Notes under the pieces: generated by a model
The model's input: only the letters and a program-made list of their open reading frames with translations
Told to the model about the DNA's origin: nothing
The model's database searches: none
Program-made: the position numbers and the translations under genes
Sequence record: SRR20825019_998
Length of the DNA: 54,528 bases
Strand: one strand, 5' to 3'
Shown here: positions 49,656 to 54,528 of the stretch, in pieces
Position numbering within the stretch: position 1 is the first letter of the stretch
Layout of the letters: each line of letters opens with the position of its first letter

Positions 49656-51446
49656 TTAACGAATTCCGTGCATTAATTTTTTTAGAACAGGGTTAAGGAT
49701 CATTGCAAGTACACCAGCGCCAATTGGAATTAATGTAAATATCAAAAAGAAAATTCCAAGGGAATATTCTGCCGAAATTTTATCAATCATTCCTCCCATT
49801 GTATTTGCAGCTTTTTGCCCAACAGCAATAGCAAGGTACCAAACACCAAACATAAAGCCGATCATTCGTGCTGGCACTAATTTACTTAAATATGAAAGAC
49901 CAACAGGAGAAATGCATAGTTCGCCCATGGTATGAAATAAATAAGCCACTATTAAGAAAATCATACTCACTTTAGCAGTCATTGCGCCTTGAGGGATATC
50001 ATAAGCTCCATAAGAAAGTACTGCAAAACCAAGTCCTAGAAGTATTAAACCTATACCATACTTCATACCCGCACTTGGATTGTATTTACTTTCCCACCAT
50101 TTGGAGAAAAGCGGCGCCAAAGTAATTATAAAGAATGAGTTTAATATTCCGAACCAAGTAGCATCTACTTCGTTACCTTCTTGTGAGAATTTATCGTACA
50201 ATCTATAAATAACAAGCGCCCATACACCTATGAAAGCAATAGCTAGTATGATGTTTGAAAATCCAATTCTATTAAAAGTTTTCTTGAAGAGTAAAAAGAT
50301 TACCCAAGTAATTATTACAAGAGGTACTGTTGTTAGTAATGCATCAACAATTTTAAAAATCATTGCAGAATCTCCAACTAAAGTTCTGTCAGTATAATCT
50401 CTTGCAAAAATTGTCATTGAACCAAGCGATTGTTCAAAGAACGAAAAGAAAAATACTGTAAAAAGGCCAAATATGGAAACAGCAATAATTCGATCGCGCA
50501 CTATTGGCAAATATCTTGTAATACGTACAATTAATAGAATTAAAAACAAGACCAAAGCAGTTAAAACTACTATGTTCGTTCCACTAAGACCAAACATTTC
50601 AAAAGGAACTAAAGAGGTTCCTCCTATTTTCTCCAAGGGATCATTAAAAAGATATAGCAAACCTCCAACAGATGAAAGAACTACTAACACTTTATCGAAC
50701 ATTGTAAATGGATTCAATTTGATTGGTACTACTTCTGCCTTTTCATCTCGCAACTCAGGGCTTTCCTCGTTTATATTCTGTGGAATTTCAACTTCGTGAA
50801 CTTTTGAAGGTTTTCCTCCAATATCTCCAAAGAGTTTTTTAGCTAAAAGGAACTGTAACATTCCGAAGAACATAAAAATCCCTGCTAGACCAAAGCCCCA
50901 AGACCATCCATAGTTTTCAGCTAAATACCCGCAAAGCATCATTCCAAAAAATGCTCCAGCATTTACCCCCATATAGAAAATGGTATATGCACCGTCTTTT
51001 TTAGATTCTTTGCCTTTATACATTTCAGAAATGATAGAAGTAATATTCGGCTTAAAAAAACCTGTTCCTATCACCAATAAAGCCAACCCTATGTAAAATG
51101 AAGTTGTTGTTTCTAATGCCATAGAAGCGTGACCAAGTGTCATAATTACACATCCTAAAACTACTGCCATTCTATATCCAGTAATTTTATCTGCAATCCA
51201 TCCTCCAATAATTGGGGTTAGGTAAAGCAACGATGCATAGGTTCCAATTAAGGCTAATGCATGTTCTCTAGGCCATTCCCATCCTGGGTTATCACTTAGT
51301 AATGGTGCTGTTAAAAAAAGCACTAAAAGAATTCGCATTCCATAGAAGGAAAAACGTTCCCACATTTCGGTAAAGAAAAGGATAAAAAGTCCCGCAGGGT
51401 GTCCTAAAACTTTGTCTTTAAATAGATTTTCTATATCGGTATTCAT
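49656..51446 (-). CDS. Proton-dependent oligopeptide transporter (POT/PTR, MFS)
   Basis: EMWERFSFYG, GGWIAD, GFFKPN, FYMGVNAG, GELCISPVG; extra central TM insertion. Confidence 0.95.
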   Translation of the reverse strand: MNTDIENLFKDKVLGHPAGLFILFFTEMWERFSFYGMRILLVLFLTAPLLSDNPGWEWPREHALALIGTYASLLYLTPIIGGWIADKITGYRMAVVLGCVIMTLGHASMALETTTSFYIGLALLVIGTGFFKPNITSIISEMYKGKESKKDGAYTIFYMGVNAGAFFGMMLCGYLAENYGWSWGFGLAGIFMFFGMLQFLLAKKLFGDIGGKPSKVHEVEIPQNINEESPELRDEKAEVVPIKLNPFTMFDKVLVVLSSVGGLLYLFNDPLEKIGGTSLVPFEMFGLSGTNIVVLTALVLFLILLIVRITRYLPIVRDRIIAVSIFGLFTVFFFSFFEQSLGSMTIFARDYTDRTLVGDSAMIFKIVDALLTTVPLVIITWVIFLLFKKTFNRIGFSNIILAIAFIGVWALVIYRLYDKFSQEGNEVDATWFGILNSFFIITLAPLFSKWWESKYNPSAGMKYGIGLILLGLGFAVLSYGAYDIPQGAMTAKVSMIFLIVAYLFHTMGELCISPVGLSYLSKLVPARMIGFMFGVWYLAIAVGQKAANTMGGMIDKISAEYSLGIFFLIFTLIPIGAGVLAMILNPVLKKLMHGIR

Positions 51447-51478
51447 AGGCTTATGCTTTGATTAAACGTTTAAATAAA

Positions 51479-52885
51479 TTAATTGGCTTTATTAAAATCT
51501 GGATCTGCCAATTCGTATGGTTCATTGTCATCCTTTATTTTACGTTCGTTATCTTCAGCACCGTGAGTAAGATTTTCCAGTTTCTTTCTTATTAATAGAA
51601 CTAGTAATCCAAAAACCACACAGAAAACTGCAATACCAGTAAATACAGTATATTCACCTAAATCTGATGCAGATTCTCCTAAAAGTCCTGCCAGTTTATT
51701 TCCAAATCCGGTCATTGCAAAATAAACACCCATCATAAGTGAAGCATATTTTAATGGAGCTAATTTCGTTATATAAGAAAGTGCAACTGGTGACAAACAT
51801 AATTCCCCAACTGTGTGGAATAAGTATGCCAATACTAACCAGTACATAGCTGAAGCACCATCACTACTAAATTCAGCAGCAGCAGCAGTCATAAAAAAGA
51901 AGCCCATCCCCATAATTATCAAACCAAGACACATTTTAAAAAGTGAAGTAGAAACTTTCCCTTTTAACTTTCTTTTGGCCCAAAAAGCAGCAACCGCTGT
52001 TCCAAGTATAATTATAAACATTGCATTTAATGACTGAAACCAAGAGGCAGGGACTTCCCAGCCCATTAGCATCCTATCGGTTTTTTCTGATGCATAAATA
52101 TTCATTAAACCTCCAGCTTGTTCAAATGCTCCCCAGAATACAATTACCAAAATAAAAGATATGAAAAGTACTACTACTCTATCTTTTTCAATTTTGGTTA
52201 ATGGTCTTTTCATTGCAGCTTTCTCTTCTGGATCCATAGAATTGTTAGTATTATTACCAACATACTTTAAGTGTTTTTGACCCAGCAAATATTGAAGTAA
52301 TCCTAAAAGCATACCTATTGCAGCTAGGCCAAACCCATAATGCCATCCATATACTTCACCAACATAACCAACAATTAAACTAGAAAGGAAAGCACCTATA
52401 TTTATTCCTATATAAAAAATAGTAAACCCTTTATCTCTTCTAATGTCTCCAGCTTTATAAAGGCCACCTACCATTGTAGAAATATTTGGTTTCAACATCC
52501 CTACACCAGCTATAATTAATCCCAAACCGGTATAAAAAGCCCACATTTCCTCTATTGATAGAATACCATGACCTGCTACTAGTAAAATTCCTCCTACAAG
52601 TACAGATTGTTTTTGCCCTAAAAACTTATCAGCTATCCAACCTCCTGGAATTGATGCTACATATACTAACATTGTATAAGTACCATATAGCGATAAAGCT
52701 TCTGCATTAGTCCACCCTAAACCAGGGTTTCCACTAGTTGCTTCTGCTACTAAATATAGCACCAAAATGGCACGCATTCCATAATAAGAAAAACGTTCCC
52801 ACATTTCGGTAAAAAACAGTATATACAGACCAACTGGGTGGCCGAATAATTCTTTTTGCTTTTGATATTGAATTGCGTCTGACAT
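51479..52885 (-). CDS. Proton-dependent oligopeptide transporter (POT/PTR, MFS)
   Basis: EMWERFSYYG, GMLKPN, FYIGINIG, GELCLSPV. Confidence 0.95.
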   Translation of the reverse strand: MSDAIQYQKQKELFGHPVGLYILFFTEMWERFSYYGMRAILVLYLVAEATSGNPGLGWTNAEALSLYGTYTMLVYVASIPGGWIADKFLGQKQSVLVGGILLVAGHGILSIEEMWAFYTGLGLIIAGVGMLKPNISTMVGGLYKAGDIRRDKGFTIFYIGINIGAFLSSLIVGYVGEVYGWHYGFGLAAIGMLLGLLQYLLGQKHLKYVGNNTNNSMDPEEKAAMKRPLTKIEKDRVVVLFISFILVIVFWGAFEQAGGLMNIYASEKTDRMLMGWEVPASWFQSLNAMFIIILGTAVAAFWAKRKLKGKVSTSLFKMCLGLIIMGMGFFFMTAAAAEFSSDGASAMYWLVLAYLFHTVGELCLSPVALSYITKLAPLKYASLMMGVYFAMTGFGNKLAGLLGESASDLGEYTVFTGIAVFCVVFGLLVLLIRKKLENLTHGAEDNERKIKDDNEPYELADPDFNKAN

Positions 52886-52913
52886 ATAATTTTAGATTAG
52901 TTAGTTTTAATTT

Positions 52914-54527
52914 TTATAAATTTTTCTTGATAAAATCGGTCATTAAAGTATATAAGTGTAAACGAGTATTGCCGCCATAAATACCATGATTTTTATCAGG
53001 GTAAATACGCCAATCAAATGGTTTGTTAGCTTGCACCAACGCTTCAATTAATCGCATACTATTTTGAACATGAACATTGTCGTCTGCTGTTCCGTGAACC
53101 AATAAATATTTTCCTTTTAGTTTATCTACGTGTGAAAGTGGCGAATTTTCGTCATACCCAGAAGCATTTTCTTGTGGAGTCTGCATATAGCGCTCGGTAT
53201 AAATGCTATCATAAAACCTCCAGCTGGTTACAGGCGCAACGGCTATAGCCATTTCAAAAGTATCAGCTCCTTGAAACAAACAATTTGAAGACATAAAACC
53301 ACCATAACTCCAGCCCCAAATTCCAGTGCGAGAGGCATCTATATAAGGCAAATCACTTAATTTTTTAGCGGCTGCTATTTGGTCTTCAACTTCATATTTA
53401 CCCAATTCTTTTTGAGTCATTTTCTTGAACTTTCTTCCTTTATAACCCGTTCCTCGGCCATCTACACAAACAACAATATATCCATCCTGTGCAAGCATTT
53501 GGTGCCAATAATCATTACTTCCCATCCAACGGTTTGCTACCTGCTGAGAGCCTGGACCTGAGTATTGAAACATAAAAAGCGGATATTGCTTTGTTTCATC
53601 AAAATCTAAGGGCTTAATCATATACATATTCAAATCTTCGCCATTGATGTTTATTGTTGAAAACTCTTTTGGTGAAATTTTATAGGAAGCCAATCGATTT
53701 TTTAAATCGTTGTTATTTTTTATTTCACGAAGTACTTTTCCTGTTTTAGCTTCATTAAGTGTAAAAACATAGGGAGTAGTTGCATCTGAAAAGGAACCAA
53801 TAAAATACGTGTAATCTGCACTGAAATCAGCATCGTTTGTTCCTGTTTGTTGCGTTAAACGCACTTTATTTTTTCCTGAAGGCAGAATAGAATAAACATC
53901 GCGATTTATACTTTCGCTTTCTGCGCTTTGGTAATATACTCTTCCTGTATTTTGATCAAAACCATAATATTCAGTCACTTCCCAAGAACCATTTGTAACT
54001 TGGTTTAACAATTTTCCATCCTTATCGTATTGATAAATATGATTCCAACCATCTTTTTCACTGGTCCAAAAGAAACTGTTATTATTTAAAAAAGTAAGAT
54101 TGTCTGTGATGTCTACATAGGCTTCATCTTTCTCTTGTAAAATCAATTTTGAAGTATTATTAGTAGCATCAACAAAAATTAAATCAAGCACATTTTGATG
54201 ACGGTTGGTCAATTGTACGCTTAAATAATTGTTGTCTTTAGTCCAAAGCAATCGCGGAATGTAGTAACTGTTGTAATCTGAAATATTTACTTCTGAAGTA
54301 TTTCCACTAGAAAGATCATAAAGATGCAATGAAACTTTAGAGTTATTTTCACCTGCTTTTGGATATTTAAAGGTATCTGCTGTAGGGTACAACTCATTAC
54401 CGTAAACATCCATATTAAATTGTGGCACTTCAGTTTCGTCAAATTTGATGTAAGCAAGTTTATCGCCATTTGTGCTCCATTCAAAAGCACGTACAAAGGC
54501 AAATTCTTCTTCATAAACCCAATCTGT
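52914..54527 (-). CDS. Dipeptidyl peptidase IV (S9B); 5' end lies outside the window
   Basis: The frame is open past the track's start to the window edge (TDWVYEEEF); YPKAG, GWSYGG, DDNVH, NHGI catalytic motifs. Confidence 0.95.
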   Translation of the reverse strand, partial: TDWVYEEEFAFVRAFEWSTNGDKLAYIKFDETEVPQFNMDVYGNELYPTADTFKYPKAGENNSKVSLHLYDLSSGNTSEVNISDYNSYYIPRLLWTKDNNYLSVQLTNRHQNVLDLIFVDATNNTSKLILQEKDEAYVDITDNLTFLNNNSFFWTSEKDGWNHIYQYDKDGKLLNQVTNGSWEVTEYYGFDQNTGRVYYQSAESESINRDVYSILPSGKNKVRLTQQTGTNDADFSADYTYFIGSFSDATTPYVFTLNEAKTGKVLREIKNNNDLKNRLASYKISPKEFSTININGEDLNMYMIKPLDFDETKQYPLFMFQYSGPGSQQVANRWMGSNDYWHQMLAQDGYIVVCVDGRGTGYKGRKFKKMTQKELGKYEVEDQIAAAKKLSDLPYIDASRTGIWGWSYGGFMSSNCLFQGADTFEMAIAVAPVTSWRFYDSIYTERYMQTPQENASGYDENSPLSHVDKLKGKYLLVHGTADDNVHVQNSMRLIEALVQANKPFDWRIYPDKNHGIYGGNTRLHLYTLMTDFIKKNL

Positions 54528-54528
54528 A

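Noticed and set aside
1-54528. tRNA, rRNA, IS elements, integrase or prophage genes
   Set aside because: No cloverleaf, rRNA-like sequence, transposase/recombinase motif or phage hallmark gene recognised by eye

Overview
AT-rich bacterial chromosome segment with Bacteroidota/Flavobacteriaceae character: TAnnTTTG promoters, T9SS C-terminal sorting domains, HmuY, and S46 and S9 dipeptidyl peptidases. In order it holds: the 5' 1030 codons of a large GEVED/HYR adhesin missed by the ORF track; UDG-family, PH-domain and yaaA genes; DUF3124, an esterase-TPR and a K+/H+ antiporter; a HipA-like kinase/DUF3037 pair; a flavodoxin and an ABC-F; a TonB-dependent receptor preceded by a polyproline-ending ORF and two hairpins; a four-gene operon of exported hypothetical proteins including a DUF6175-like one; an RND efflux trio; an 8-gene heme/iron locus with a Fur-box-like site; DUF808 and an S46 peptidase; a strand-skewed islet with an orphan gene and a drifting 11-bp-period array; an FG-GAP T9SS protein; and the core genes rluD, PASTA, ddl, lpxB, NlpC/P60, ComEC, thioredoxin, two POT transporters and a truncated DPP IV. 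I saw no rRNA, tRNA, CRISPR, transposase or integrase. The best candidates for undescribed systems are the 11-bp array plus orphan gene (39292-40270), the four-gene exported operon (15779-19458), the putative arrest-peptide leader of the TBDR (14959-15597), and unusual parts of the heme locus. Family names come from motif recognition and recall, not database searches.
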